64,000 bases of DNA from Podarcis liolepis. Lineage: Eukaryota. Position numbers and translations under genes: made by a program. Shown in pieces: positions 1 through 13,717 of the stretch (the stretch's first letter is position 1; every line of letters begins with the position of its first letter). The DNA lies in assembly GCA_965112155.1 (NCBI GenBank), contig OZ218103.1. One strand, written 5' to 3'. The notes beneath the pieces were generated by a model that was given only the letters and a program-made list of their open reading frames with translations, did no database searches and was not told the DNA's origin.

Positions 1-1169
1 ATCATGTCCATTATTTGCATCAAAGGTGAGGATTTAAAATTTTAACCCACCCACTTTGCCTGTGGCCCTCCCATTTGGCCCTCAAAAGGGTAACCTTGTG
101 CATCTCTGACCCACAGGCTGAAAGATGTTCCCCATCTATCAACTTCCAGAACTGAAACCCATGCAAGGCCAAAGACTTGAGTTTTATATTCATTTTGCTT
201 GCAAGCCCAGAAATTTCCTCTAGCCAACAGCAAGGAAACCTCATAGGAGAACCCAGAGGTTCCCTTTCTCTGTCGGAAGGTGTCTTACTTTAACAGAAGA
301 ATGAGAAAACAGTGGTTTTTACTGACAAGCAAGGAATGGTTTTTTGGGTTTTGAAGAACACTCCCAACGCAATATAAAATTGGAGATGCGTCCAGGTTTT
401 TATTATGAGCTGATTATATGCTTATGTTTAGGCAAATTTAGTACACCCCCCTGGGTTACATATCACTCACTGAACTGCGCTTATTAAATCTGGGCCAGAT
501 GGCTGATGGTAAAGTAGTTTGTAGGACTGCGTCTCCGTGGAGAATAATTTTACGCTGTACTTGGTGACCAGACTGTTGCTGAATGAAACTTCATCATGGT
601 ATTTAAATCACATTAAAGCCCTTTAAAATTTATATGCTGCCTCCCCCTTGTGATTTTTGTCTGACTACATGCTCACTGCTAGTTTCAGGGCAATGGTGTG
701 CTTTTACCAGCTTCCTTCTTTTTTGTTCTTGGAAGAACCCGACTATCTATTTACTGGAAAATCTCTTACAGTAGACAATACTGAGTGGGATGAGCCAATC
801 ACTGAAACGCCCCATCATCCCTGGCCATTGGCTTTGCTGGCAGGTTCTGATGGGAGCTGGAGTCTATCAACATCCGGAGGGCCACAGGTTCCCCACTTGT
901 GGTCTACATTGAGCAGCATCTCTTTGTAGTTTGATAAACGAGTCCTATAGCAACCCAGATACGTCAGGGTTTGAACCTGTGACCTCCTGCATTCAATGTA
1001 TGTGCTCTATAATTGCACTGTGGCTCTTTTCTGTTTGAAACAGATGGATAAATCTACAGGTACGGCTTCTCATTCACCCCCGGCAACAACAAACTCTCAG
1101 GGGCTTGAACTTGAGCATAACAGGCAAGGTTGTGCGGTTGCAGCCTTTCAGCAACTCTTTCATCAGGTA

Positions 1170-1173
<4 letters not shown>

Positions 1174-1221
<48 letters not shown>
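1174..1221. repeat. (CT)n(CA)n microsatellite
   Basis: Read directly from the sequence. Confidence 0.95.
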
Positions 1222-1222
<1 letters not shown>

Positions 1223-1239
1223 GATAAACTGCATCAGAA

Positions 1240-1830
1240 ACTACCTAGTTTGGCATTTCATCAACAACACATGGATCATCATGTTAGATTTGCTCTCTAT
1301 GGATGCAAATATTGCAAGAGATGGGTACAGTATTACAAATATTTCCCATGATCCCATTTTATGTTTGCTGTCTGCATTCCCTGATCATGCCAATGATCTC
1401 AATCCAAAACTGATGGTTAATTCTGTTATAGTGGGTGCAAATTTAATCATAACTCAGAATCAGAAAGAGGCAAAAACAAAACAAAATTGCACCTGGAAAT
1501 GTAGTATAGAGAACATTATGGCAGTTTCTAAAAAATTACAAATCGCTTACAAAGTGCAATGGGGAAAAGTTTGTATTAAAGATTTTGCTACTCTATGGCT
1601 AATCACCGCCCATAAGTCTGGTAACCCCCTCAAAGCACAAGACACAGAGCTATCTGATCTTCTTTGGGACTATACTTACCTTAGCTTTCTGCTCAATAAC
1701 TAGGAATTACCCCTGAACTGGATCAAACTATCATACTTTATATTACCAGATGTAATGAATTATTTTTTAAAGGATCTATTTTTACCTATGGATAATCCTA
1801 TATCAACCTATTTTATTTTGGTACTGGTTC
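1240..1830 (+). mobile_element. Possible L1/Tx1-like ORF2 C-terminal remnant
   Basis: DPILCLLS...KLMVNSVIVGANLIITQN and LWDY resemble the C-terminus of non-mammalian L1 ORF2. Recognised by eye only. Confidence 0.4.
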
Positions 1831-4800
1831 TATAGATATAGAGCATTATAGCAAGCTGCTATTGAAATATATGATCTACTCTCTCGTGCTCAAATGGAGC
1901 TGTGTAATGTAAAACAGCCTACATCCAGTGCACACAAAGACCCTTGCTGACTTGTATATATTGTACATTGTCTAAACCTGTGACTCTCCAGTGTTGTTAA
2001 GACAAAAACCCAGCTGCCTAAGAGAATCTTCATGGTTCTCTGGATTGCACTGAATAAAGTAGCAACACTGGATTTGTAGGGATGGTGTGGGTTTTTTTAT
2101 GCTGAGTAGTACCATAGCAACACTGCATTCAGCACCCTGCAACAGATAGTCAGCACTGTTAGAGGGGACCACAGTACAAGTCAGCAACAGTTTTAGAACA
2201 TGTCAGAGGACCTATGGCCCTCTGGATGCAGTTTGACGCCAACTTAGATCAGCCCCAGCCACTACGGCTGAAGGTCTAGGATTAGGGGATTTTCAGATAT
2301 GCTTTGTAGAATGATGAAAGCAGCTTATGCAATCCACCCAAATCAAAGTGCTTCAGTATGTGTAACTTTGCAAGATAACCCCCCGGTTTACTCTTTTTAC
2401 TAAAAGAAAAGCTAAATTAGATTTTACGTGTAACAGCTTTGAAAATTTTGCTCCAAGAACTCTTACAGAACGGTGGAAGCAGCAGATCCTTGTGAATCCA
2501 GGTGGCTTATAAACCATGGTGTCAACTAACTTCTATAAAACTTACTAAGGTGGCAAGTAGTCTAGACTAAACTACATAATTGCTCCTTTGGGCAGATTTT
2601 TTATTTTTTAGAGACATGTCTTCCCATTTTCTTTTTACTCAACACCCAGGTCTAAAAACACATTAGTTTGACATCACACCATCCATAGTCTGCTCCATAG
2701 AACGAGACCTTAAAGCAAACTGAAATGTAAAGCCAGCACTTTTTTCACCCCTAATTAAATCATTTGCCATCTGCTCCATACTGTGAAGAAATCATGTTAG
2801 CCTGCAGGTTGCTTAATTTGTTTGCTTCTAGTGGTGGTAGTTTGAGCTTATCTGGCATGGTTCCAGTTAAAATCAGAAACTGCCTTTTAATTTTGTATGG
2901 AAAGTTTGGTGACATCTACTGCATTCATTATTAACCAGAACTCCCTGCAAGTTTGTACAGGAGTTGTAAAAAAAAAGAAGAAAAGCATCTTACCTTCGTT
3001 ATGGAACCTAACCAGCTGTGCACTTAAGGAGAAACACTCAAGCCTGATGCTTTGTCCAGGGCAAGACAGATGCTCCAATCCTTTATTGCCCTGGTTCCTC
3101 TTCTCTTAAATCATGTCAACCAACATATTTGAAGCTACACGCAGAAGAGAGAGAATTCCCACTCACAGGCTTACTCAAAAATAAATAAGTAAACAAGAAA
3201 TTCTGCTTATCTGCTATTAAGAGTTGTTGCTACAATTTTACACTTTTGTCAACTCTATTGGTAGCCAACATCTTCCAGCAACTTTCAGCATTCACATTCA
3301 AGAACATTAACAAGAAGATGTGAACTCTATTCAGCAAAGAATGATGACAAATTGAAGAGGCTCCGAGGTAATAGGAATGCACACAGAACCTTATTTTCTG
3401 ATGCCATTCTCGTTTCTTACACAGTTTTGAGCTGTGTTCCCAGCAGTTTCTACATCCTAGAAAGTAGATATGCTATTTTATACATTATTTTTACATGATA
3501 TAATTGGCTTCTTTGTGAAAGAGGCAGATGAAAGGCATTTCGAGTGAGTGGTATATATACTATGTTGACATGCAGATCCTTACTCAGGTAAAATACAGTT
3601 TAATCTTGTTAACTCACACTCTACTTTGTCAGTCATTCTTTTTACACTCCAGTCAGAATGAAATGAGAGAAAATCAGATTGTAGCATTTGGTACTGCGGT
3701 ACAAACTTAAGGTATAAACAAGTTGCACTGGGTTGCATTTCACAGACATATAGACACATGATTTGTGTCTGTACCCGTTTTAAGAGATACAGCAGGAATA
3801 CTAATAAATGCAGCTACCTTAAATATCCAAAGAACAATCACAATGGCGATATGATTCCAGTACAGAAAGAGAAGCATATAATGTTTCCACTTTTATTTCC
3901 ATTTTCTTCAGCACAGCATTTTGCAAATGCGAAAGATATAATTGAACATTAGTTGGCCCTATTGTACATCTTAAAGCTTTGGAGTGTTGAGGAATCAATA
4001 ATTCAGGTCCTGCAAATAGTGTATCTAAAGTGATGCATACCTGCTCTATGATGCATGCTTTATGTTGTGATGTTCTGTAGAACTCTGGGTCTTTGCTCCT
4101 TTTTAAATCCACAGCACAAGAGAGATGTTACAATAGGAACAATTACTCTAGGTTTGACACTGATCAGAAAGGCAATGATTGTTGAAGACTTGTCCATAGG
4201 ATGTAGCATCTTAAAGAAATAAATCCATCACTCTACCAGCATATCATCTCAACTCACTGGGTATGTTTATTCAAATATTTGAATAATATCAAGTAGCCAT
4301 TTCATAAGTAGAGAACAACTGCAGTTATATAAAAATTCAAATATGGACACTCCTTGTTGTGTAGCCCATGCAATGCCCCCCCACAAAGGATTGGGCTGGG
4401 GGCAGATCTCATTATTTGTTAAGTCACCGTTCTAGAAAAACATTTATTCCAATGAACAAACGAAGGTTGAGTCTGCTGTGAGTCCATAGGAATAGGACTG
4501 AGGTTGGGGAATAACCATGGGTAAATTGAGAGTGGCAAAGCTGCAGATAAGAAGCAGAAAGGCTGAGAAGAGGGACCTATGGGTCTCCAGCTGTTGTTAG
4601 ACTCCAACGCCCATCAGTCTCAACCAGCATGGTCTATGGCAAGGGATGATGGGAGTTGTGGTCCAGCAACATCTGGAGGGTCACACATTTCCCATCTACT
4701 TAGAAAGAAAATGATAGGTACAAAGTAGAGGCCAGCCGCAATGCACAATAACTTTATACTGCACCACCCACCTTTAGATTAAAAGCTCAAGATAAAAGTG

Positions 4801-5914
4801 TACAGTTGTGTAGTATGTTGGGCTTTGGCTAGGAAGTCTTGGGTTAAGAACCTGGTTTGACAACTTGGTAAGTCATAGTCTCTCAGCTAAATAGGAGGAA
4901 TATTTTTTGTATGTGACAGAGATGGTTGAGGAGAGCACAGCAAAGGTGGTCTGCAGTCAGCGAGAACAGGTTTCCTAATTGCTCAGACCTGCAAAAAGCA
5001 AGTCTCCCTGCAGTTCTTTCTTTGGGCCACAGATGGTTGAAAAGTAGAGAATGAACCTTAGTCTGACATTCCTCAAGCTTTCAAGTGCAAGAATCACTGC
5101 AGGATTGAGTATGAATTATGGATTTTTAGGCTATCGAATAAGCAGGTAGAACATTTTAACTTTACTTCTGCCATTTCTAAAGAAACACCAAATGTCATAC
5201 AGTTTTGATGAAGCACTCCCTTCGAGAACAGGGGTGAGGGACCTCCCAGCCCATGGATTTAATTAAATCTACCAGGCCTCCCCATTGGGTCTATGAGGCC
5301 ATTTTGGCCAAGCCACACTCACCTGCCTTATAGTTAGAGTCATGGCTGAGCCCAAAGGCGTTTTGGTGGAACAGCCCATCAGTTGGTCAACATATCTGCA
5401 AAGCCCTCTGCAGTATTGAAGCCCTGGCTATCAGCTGATGACCAGCTGATTGTCACTGCTTGAAGAGAGCCCTGCACAACCAACCGTCAGCTGATTGACC
5501 AAGCTTTGTAGTACAGCTTCGATGATCAACTGGGATTGGCTGCATTAGGAAACTCAGTTTTGAGGAGGCAAAACCCATTTCCCTCCCTGGGTGCAGTTGT
5601 GCTTTCCATTTGCTTAAGCATAAGACTTTTTTTTGTTAAGTAATACCAACCATGTACAGTAACGGAGATCCTGGTATGAATCTCTTCAGTCTCTATACAT
5701 ACACACAGAAGACTTGCCTGCACTATATTTCCACTGGTTTTCCTTGCCTGCTCTTGAAACCATTGCCAAATTATAGAAGTTTCTATACATTTAAGTCAGA
5801 TGCATTTTACCTGGGAACTAATATTACATTTTCATCACAGGTACTTTGCTTGAGATCCTTCAAAAGATCAAAAGAGAAAAATCAACTTTGTATGCCACAC
5901 ATAATGTAAAATAA

Positions 5915-7419
5915 TAGTTCACATTACAGACATTTTAATGTTTTCTTTTAACCTTTTTATTTAGAGAGATATATTCTTGGTAAGGAGATATACCATGAGG
6001 AAAGCAATTTCACTGGCTGTGAGGTATGTATATTCTCCACCAAAATACTCCTCACATCTCAACTGCTTTTATAACTTTATTTACACGCAAAACAATATCA
6101 ATGCTTTTCCTTGGCTTAACTACAGTATTAGTCACCCTACATGAATAAAATGAAACATTACTTGCATTACAGAACCAGTTTTCAAAAGAGGAATTTGCTT
6201 ATTTGTTGAAACGTGACATTTCATTTTTGTGAACAGCCAATACTTATTTTGACCAAGACACCTGCACCATATTTTTTCCATCCTCACAGCACATTTATTT
6301 CAATAATTCTGTAAATAGGTCCTTAGCATGAGCATAGTGTTACAGTTTTCATACATATAATTACATCCAAAACAAGTTTTAAAATTCAAATTGTAAACAT
6401 TCTCTTCATATGTAGAAACTTTTTTTTTGTCCAAGGGTGTTATGATTTCTTTAAACAATTGTAAAATGAAAAGTCTAGGCTAAGTCATGTAGTGAGCAAT
6501 GCTTCTTAGTACATTTCTACAGTATTAAATAAAAGAGGTGGCAAAAAATGTCAAAAATGTCCTGTAAGCAACTCATACTTAAGCTAGGCATAAAAAGAAA
6601 GACTTAACAAAATTGTGATTAAAAATAAAGAAAACTGTGAGTGCTTGATGCAACAAATGGAAAGGGGAAATACCATTACTGCTGACAAAGTTGGAGGTAG
6701 CATGGATGCACCATTTTATTGTCAGTGAGAAATGCAAGTGAAGTAAAGAATATTATTTCCTTACCACAAATAGTTTCCAGTACTATGTACATTATTTTTA
6801 GAAATTTGTTTAACAAGTTTCCCTCTACTTTTAGTACAAAAGAGTCTCGTGTGATTAAAAAAAACACTTACACAGCTAGATAAGAGTAGTACTAATTGCC
6901 CTATTTGAATGGAACAGTCTCTTGAACTATGAAGTACATGATATTTAATGCCCTAAATTGAGTTAATTGCATTAGCATTTCTTGGTATTGTACAAAACAC
7001 TACATACATACAAACAAAATATAATATTTTACTAAGCAAGGGTTTTTTGTTTAATAAACAGAGCATTGATTCTGGTAACACTGTAAAGAATGTTTTCATT
7101 TCATAAAACCTATCTTAAGTACCCATGTGCAACATTTTAAAAACGGCTGCTTACGTGTAATGGGCTTGTATCAATAGTGAACACAGTAATTGACAAAAAA
7201 CATAGTAAACTTTAAAAACACATCTTCCACCCTATATAAAATATAAAGACTACTTACGGTAACTGTTTTAAGTACTCAATTGTTTGGATGTTAACTGTCA
7301 CTCTTCTCCCCATTTTCCGGCTTCAGATTTTATAAACAGATAATTTATTTTAACCTTAAAAAAACTAACAAAGATATTTAAAATGTTCATTCAATGCAAT
7401 ATGAAGTGTTTCCAACGTT
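5915..7419 (-). other. ZNF644: ZNF644 3'UTR (end approximate)
   Basis: AT-rich stretch after the stop with no recognisable repeats. Minus-strand AATAAA at 5961-5956 and ATTAAA at 5939-5934, plus more proximal AATAAA hexamers. Confidence 0.75.
5934..5961 (-). terminator. Distal polyadenylation signals (AATAAA + ATTAAA)
   Basis: Forward tttatt at 5956-5961 and tttaat at 5934-5939, followed on the minus strand by U/GU-rich sequence. Confidence 0.6.
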
Positions 7420-7612
7420 CTATGAAGCTGCTTCCGCCATCAGGAAAGAAAATGAAGTTTCAGAAATTGAGGCAGGTTTTTTAAGCAGTGACGTTACTTC
7501 CACCATGCCAGCCCCAGTTCGAGGAAGATTTGCGTTGACAATGTGGCGCTGAAGGTGTTTTATCCAGTCTTCTTGAACAGACAAGGGCCCCCGAAACACC
7601 AGACCACAAAAC
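7420..7612 (-). CDS. ZNF644: ZNF644 last coding exon, C-terminal WIZ-type zinc finger, stop TAG
   Basis: Acceptor TGTGCAG|G. Encodes [63 protein letters not shown], with TAG at 7422-7420. Confidence 0.96.
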
Positions 7613-8116
7613 CTGCACAGTTTTTAAAATCATCCAAATAAAGCACATTAGCATTGTAATTGAACTTTGTGTTAAGTGCAGTAGATTCACAAAAGAACGA
7701 CAGAAAAACTAAGCCTGAGTACGCATATCACTGATAGATTTAAAAAAATTTCCTGGGTGTTAATTCAGCTATCGTTTATCCCAGGTATAAGTAACTCTAG
7801 ATACAAAAAACAGAAGCATACAACTTTATATCACAAATTATACCTAGAATTCTAAAACTACAACTGTGAATTAAAAACTGGCGTCTGGTTTTCTTCTTCC
7901 CTCCCCATCTTTCTTCAATTTGTGCTGTGTTTTTTAGACGATAAGCATGAGGGCAGGAATGGTCTTATCTTTTAAGCCAACTGCTATATGCTACTACTGC
8001 AAAGTGTTTTGTGAGTCCCAACTCATAATAGAGGGAAGGTAAATAATCTAATGTGAGGTTCTCGGTCCAGTTCAAGGTGCTAGTTATTACCTAAGTAAAG
8101 TCCTAATTAGGTGGTA

Positions 8117-8362
8117 CAGTGGTACCTTGTTTTGAGTCCGCCTCATTGAGCGTCCATTTCAACGACTGCCCATGGCAAACCCAGAAATACTAGAACGGGT
8201 TGCTTTCAGGTTTGCTGCTCGCACATGCGCAGAAGCACTAAATCGCACTTCACGCATGCGCAAAAGCACACACCGCTCCACACACACGCTTTGTTGTGCG
8301 TCCTTTTCGTCTAGCGTCCGGGGCTCCAGAATAGATCCCAGTTGCAAAACAAGGTACAACTG
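8117..8362. mobile_element. Tigger-like MITE
   Basis: TIR CAGTGGTACCTTGTTTTG/CAAAACAAGGTACAACTG, TA on the left flank. Confidence 0.8.
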
Positions 8363-8764
8363 CACCTCTCCTCAAATTAGGTTACCCTTCCTTAAATTCC
8401 TAGAGTGTGGGGAAGCCTTGCTAATATTCACTTTCATTAGCAGTGACTTATTTGCTGGGATGCAGGGAAGTAATGAGGGCCTGGGGGAGGGGGGAATCAA
8501 GGAAAATAAGGCTTTCTCAGTTTCCGCCCAAATGACTTCCCATTTCCCTCAACCAACTTCTCGAATTATCAGCAACACAACTGGTCAGTTAGTTAAGTAC
8601 TTTCATTTATTAGCTACCGGCTACACTCTTGCATAGTGAGCATCATTAGGTCCACAGGTCACTAGATTTTTGTACATACATGACACTCAAATACAAGATG
8701 CATTTCTACAAATCAGAAACAAGCTATAGCTACTCCAAATGACTCAATGCAGTTCCACATATAC

Positions 8765-8867
8765 CTGCACCGGAGTATGTAAACTTCATCAGCACCATGA
8801 GGTAATGGCAGAATTTTTTTCTTGCTCCCAGATCTTGATCTTGATTTTTTTTGCTTACAATCTATGG
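8765..8867 (-). CDS. ZNF644: ZNF644 coding exon 6 (103 nt)
   Basis: Acceptor TTTCTCTTCATAG|CC, donor GCAG|GTATAT. Encodes (A)[33 protein letters not shown](R). Not listed in the ORF track. Confidence 0.95.
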
Positions 8868-11800
8868 CTATGAAGAGAAAATAAAATCATGTAGATAGAT
8901 ATAAGTTTTGAGCACTTTACTGGATAATTCCCTCCCCCCGAAATATGTTAAAGGATACTTCTATTCTCACTTATTTTCTATACCATATTAAATTATGTAA
9001 CTTGAAAATATGCACTTTCCAATTCATCATAAAGCTGAGGTGTGCACACCATTTTCATGCACAAATGAGCTTACATGCTTGACACCTACAGTTTAAGTTT
9101 AATTTTAAAACATGTATATTTGATGACCAAACCACATTTCAGACTACTAAGTCATTCTACCTAACTGGTAACCCAAGCATCATGCTTTGCTTGTAAATTT
9201 TATCAATATAGAGGCCTTCAATATCATTTGAAATGTCAATATCATTTGTTTACATCATGCAGCCAACAACCATAACTCAAAGGACCGATGATTAAATATA
9301 AAGTATGCTTTGACAAACTTCATAACTAGAACTTTTGTATATATTACACTGAAACGTTTTCTGTTCTGTATGCTAAAGGAGTCTTATGATAACGGTTTTG
9401 TTTTGGTTTTAAGTTCTTAAGGCTGAAGAGTATCAGGATCTCCAACCATTGCTGATTGTCCCTTTAATAAGGTGTACTGGAATCAGATGTGCTACAGAAT
9501 TATTACTGATTTGTGTCAGGGTGATGTGAATTCTTTTGAGGTACAAAAGGAAATAAAGCAATGTAGGGAATTCAAAAGGAAAAGCCTAGTCTGACAAGAA
9601 TGCACTGTTTAGTTCCTAATGTAATTGAACATGAAACACTTCGGATATTTTGGGAAATGAATGCATGCCGCTTTATCCAAGCACATGTACCAGCAGTACA
9701 AAAGAGCTGGAAACAAAGCAAGAATTCTACTTGCAAATACCTACTTAAGTTTGTGATTAATGTAACCCTCTTCTACAGAGAAGGATAATGTCAGAAACTG
9801 TGTAAAGTAAAATGCTCTCAAAATAATATAACCTCCAAATTCCTCATCTAAGCTACTTATGGCATGAAGAAGATAAAAGGCAGGACAGTCTGCAGTTTCC
9901 ATCTGACAGCTACTACAACCTAACAATCAGAATATATGCTGGAATCCAGGGAGTCAAGGTAAACTTTAAAGAATTTAACAGCAAGCTTTTGTCCATACCT
10001 CAAATCAAATAACATAACATTTTCAAACAAAAATCCACAAACTATAGGATGAGGTGTTTCCTCCTATCACCTAGATAATAATAATAAAATACAGAAATGG
10101 AAAATGTATTGCATTGCTGCACTCAAAAACCACTGAGCATCACCAAGGAAATTCTCTCTTCGGAATGAAACTATGATAATTGTATTGGTATTGGAGATGC
10201 CATACCATCCATAACAGTATTTTCTGGCTACTATTTAAAGGACAAGCATTGGCAAAAAAGGAAGAAAGCACAGTTCCAAATAACACCTATCTCTGCATGT
10301 GTGTCTTTGGATATATAAATGGCAAAACTAGGCTAAAGAATTAAAGACCACTATATGGGCAGCAGGACCAAGAATAGCGAAAAGCTCACTATTGCTTAGT
10401 TCCTCACATTTTCTTAGATTTGATTTCCCAAGATAACCAGTTTTCAGGGGGGGAAATAAAATCTACCTCTCATCCCAATTCTCAAATTATTAGACCTGCC
10501 ATCAGCAAATGCTCTAGGGGTCTGAGATTACACCAGCTATTTGCTCTAAAGCTAGCTCTTCTCTTGCACAGATTACTGAAAGCTAAAATAGTCCTGGGAC
10601 TTTGATTTAGAATGTCCTCCTGGAGGCAAAAACTCTAGATGTCACAGCACACTAACCGTACCAAATGACTGAAAAGCTTACATAGGCTGTAGAAGAAATG
10701 CAACCATGAATAGTGTGGGGGAAAAATACATGTATCTTTAACTTAGCCTTGCTGATAAACACCCATTGCAACCACAATAACCACTCCCTCGATTTCACCT
10801 TTTTATAGCAGCCTGGATAACAAAGCGTGGGCATAAGATCTGATCAACTAAGAGCTTAAACAAGAACAAAATAATATATTACAGGCATTAATATATGCAG
10901 AAATTAGATTAATTTAACAACTGCAGGTTAATATATTATTAAAGATAAAACGTTACAACTTCAAATGTTATGCCTTATTTAAACTTGGTATAATTGCCAT
11001 GGAATGTGGAATGGAATACGGAATCTCCTTTCCCTATTTAACCTTATATTTAAATTCAGGACTTAATTCCCCATCCTCCCTATACTAGCCAGCAGTCAGA
11101 AAGCAAGACCAGCATCTACAATGATATCTTCTCTCACTTTGCTTCTCACTGGCCTGATAAACGTTCAGTCACAGCAAATATGCTTTTCTGAGGAAAAAGT
11201 TCTCACTTGAGTCAGAACCACCATCTTAAAGATTCCAAGCTGCCTGTTTGCTGGAGCCTATCTGCTTCCTTAAGCACATTTCTTCCAGAAGTGTCTACCT
11301 CCAGCTGCTTTCTTCATGTCCTTCCTCCTCTAGGATTACCTTAAGCTATGAGTCTTCATCTCATGACCACTTGGCACACCTCAACTCCACTAATCTTTAT
11401 GCCATCTCTGCCTTCTCGTCTTTATCCTTCTCTGCCTCTGGACCTGTATATTCTGCTGGCCAGTCAACAGTGCCCCCTTCCATTGGTCTTTACCCAAGGA
11501 CTGATATGAGTTTTCTGATGAGTAAAATTATGCAAAGCCACATGCACTGAAGTTCCCAAGTTCTGGGAAGTGCTGTGCTGTGACTTTGACAGGTGTGTTG
11601 TCTTGATTACAAACACTCCAAAATTGCTAAGCTTTTTTTTTAAGAAGGCATTTTCTCCCGAAAAGAAAACATTATTTTTCAATTGACTTGCCTAAGATCT
11701 GGACAAAGCACCGCCAGCCAAAATTACTCAATGGGGATGGGGCCAGATGAGGTTCTGGCCTGCTGGGCCAAGATGTTCCCTTCCCCTGCTATAGAGTTTC

Positions 11801-13197
11801 CTGCATTAGCAGGAAATTGAACCGGATGTACCTTCCAACTCTCGTTTTTAGAGCATTATCTAAGGAAGCAGAGTTAAATAAAAGAAAGGAGCCTGGAAGG
11901 CACCAAAGTTGCAAAAGAAGGTAAATGCTGGACTAAGGGAGAAGAATCTCCAAGAAACACAGTGAAGTACAACAGGGGAAAGATCTCAGAGAAACAAGAG
12001 AAGTCTCCTTGCCATTCCTGAATATGGCAGGCTGATGATAGCTTGCCAAGGAATCACCATTTAAACACTTTCTACCAAACTTGTAGAAAATAAAGCTAAT
12101 TCCAATGGTAAAAGAATATAGCATGTTACCAGATCACCACTGACAGCGAGCCATATAAATTCTTACAAGAATGATAAAAGCTGCTTGTTTCACAACAAAG
12201 TTTTATGGAAGCCAATTATCAAAAATAAACAATACTGAGCAACATAAAATCTGTAAGCTTCTTACATAGCATTTCATGTGTTAGCTAATAATACTTGAAC
12301 TCGGATTAACATTAAACTATTTGTTAACAGGAATGATCTTCCCTAGCTAGCAGGAGCCAACCCTACAAAAATAACCAAGAAATATGCCACAGAAAGTTTA
12401 AATGCTGTATTTTTACTGTACAACACAACAGTTCTGCAACCTCAAGAAGTTATCTGTAAATTTATTCTCCATCTGCAGTCATATACATAAACAGCTAATG
12501 TTTCACGGGCAAACATCAAACTTATGGTAATGTTTATTGAAAACTGTGGAAAGAAAGTTTTCCAACAAATGATCTGTGACCAACATAGCATGTGGCAATT
12601 TACTGACAGACACATACAAACAAATGACTCCACAGCAAGATCCTGCACATGACACTTGCAGGTCGTCCATGTGGGATGTTGCAAAACCCGCAAGAATTAA
12701 CACTTGGTTGTAGCAACACCCTAATGATTTGTTTCTTTTCAAGTGAACATTTATCATCATCTGCAGGGAAGACAAATGTCGGGGAAGTCTCCTTTTTTAA
12801 GAAGAGGTTTTCATATTCAAAGATCATATTGCCCATCACTTGGCCGACAAATTTTCTTTTCAACTGCACTCTCTCAAATGCAAAAATAATGAAGTTCCCA
12901 ACTGACACCAGTACTTTGGTGACTCTTTCTGCTTCTGTGCTTTCTTTTGGAATAACATTTCCCATGGTGGCATCAGCCTAGCTAGCAGGAGCCAAGCAGG
13001 AAGGGCCTGATATACCTGAGTGGAAGCGGGTAGAAGCTTCTACATGCTTCGATAAAGTGGGGTGGGGGTCTAGTAGAAAAATATGTTTCTACACTTTTCG
13101 AAGTCACGTCCAAGTTGAGGTTACTGATAACCATTAAAATCTATCTATCTACTAAACATATTAATGTGTAATTCTATTATCTTTCTTCGAGAAGCAA

Positions 13198-13542
13198 TAA
13201 AAGGTAAAGGACCCCTGGACGGTTAAGACCAGTCAAAGGCGACTATGGGGCAGCACTCATCTTGCTTTTCAGGCCGAGGGAGCTGGCGTTTGTCCACAGA
13301 CAGCTTTCTGGGTCACGTGGCCAGCATGACTAAACCGCTTATGGTGCAACGGGACACCATGATGGAAGCCAGAGTGCACAGAAATGCCATTTACCTTCCC
13401 ACCATAGCGGTACCTATTTATTTACTTGCAATGGTGTGCTTTTCAACTGCTAGGTTGGTAGGAACTGGGACAGAGCAATGGGAGCTCACTCCATCACGCG
13501 GATTCGACCTTCCGACTTTAGACCACAGCTCCACCCACTCCC
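13198..13542 (-). mobile_element. Sauria SINE
   Basis: AAAGGTAAAGG tail, core GGTCACGTGGCCAGCATGACTAAACCGC...TTTACCTTCCC...GGTACCTATTTAT, and a tRNA-like head with B box at the right end. Confidence 0.9.
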
Positions 13543-13573
13543 TGAAAGCAGTAATGTATGTTCAGCCTCCCCT

Positions 13574-13717
13574 TGTCTGAGGCTCAATCAGTATAGCATG
13601 AGACTCTTAATATCAGGGTGATGGGTTCGAACACCATGTTGGGTAAAAGATTCCTGCACTGCAGGGGGTTGGACTATATGACCCTCCTGGAGCCTTCCAA
13701 CTCTACAATTCTATGAC
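13574..13717 (+). mobile_element. tRNA-Lys-derived SINE with CR1-type 3' tail
   Basis: Degenerate tRNA head (GACTCTTAAT anticodon arm, GGTTCGAAC B box) fused to GATTCCTGCA...GGGTTGGACT...TTCCAACTCTACAATTCTATGA. Confidence 0.8.

Noticed and set aside
996-1703. 235-aa plus-strand ORF
   Set aside because: It runs through a SINE fragment, a (CT)n(CA)n microsatellite and a probable L1-like remnant, with no coherent protein or gene structure.
8172-8636. 154-aa plus-strand ORF
   Set aside because: Starts inside a MITE and continues into unremarkable intron sequence.
13574-13650. tRNA-Lys-like sequence
   Set aside because: The stems are degenerate and it is fused to a CR1-type tail, so it is a SINE head rather than a tRNA gene.
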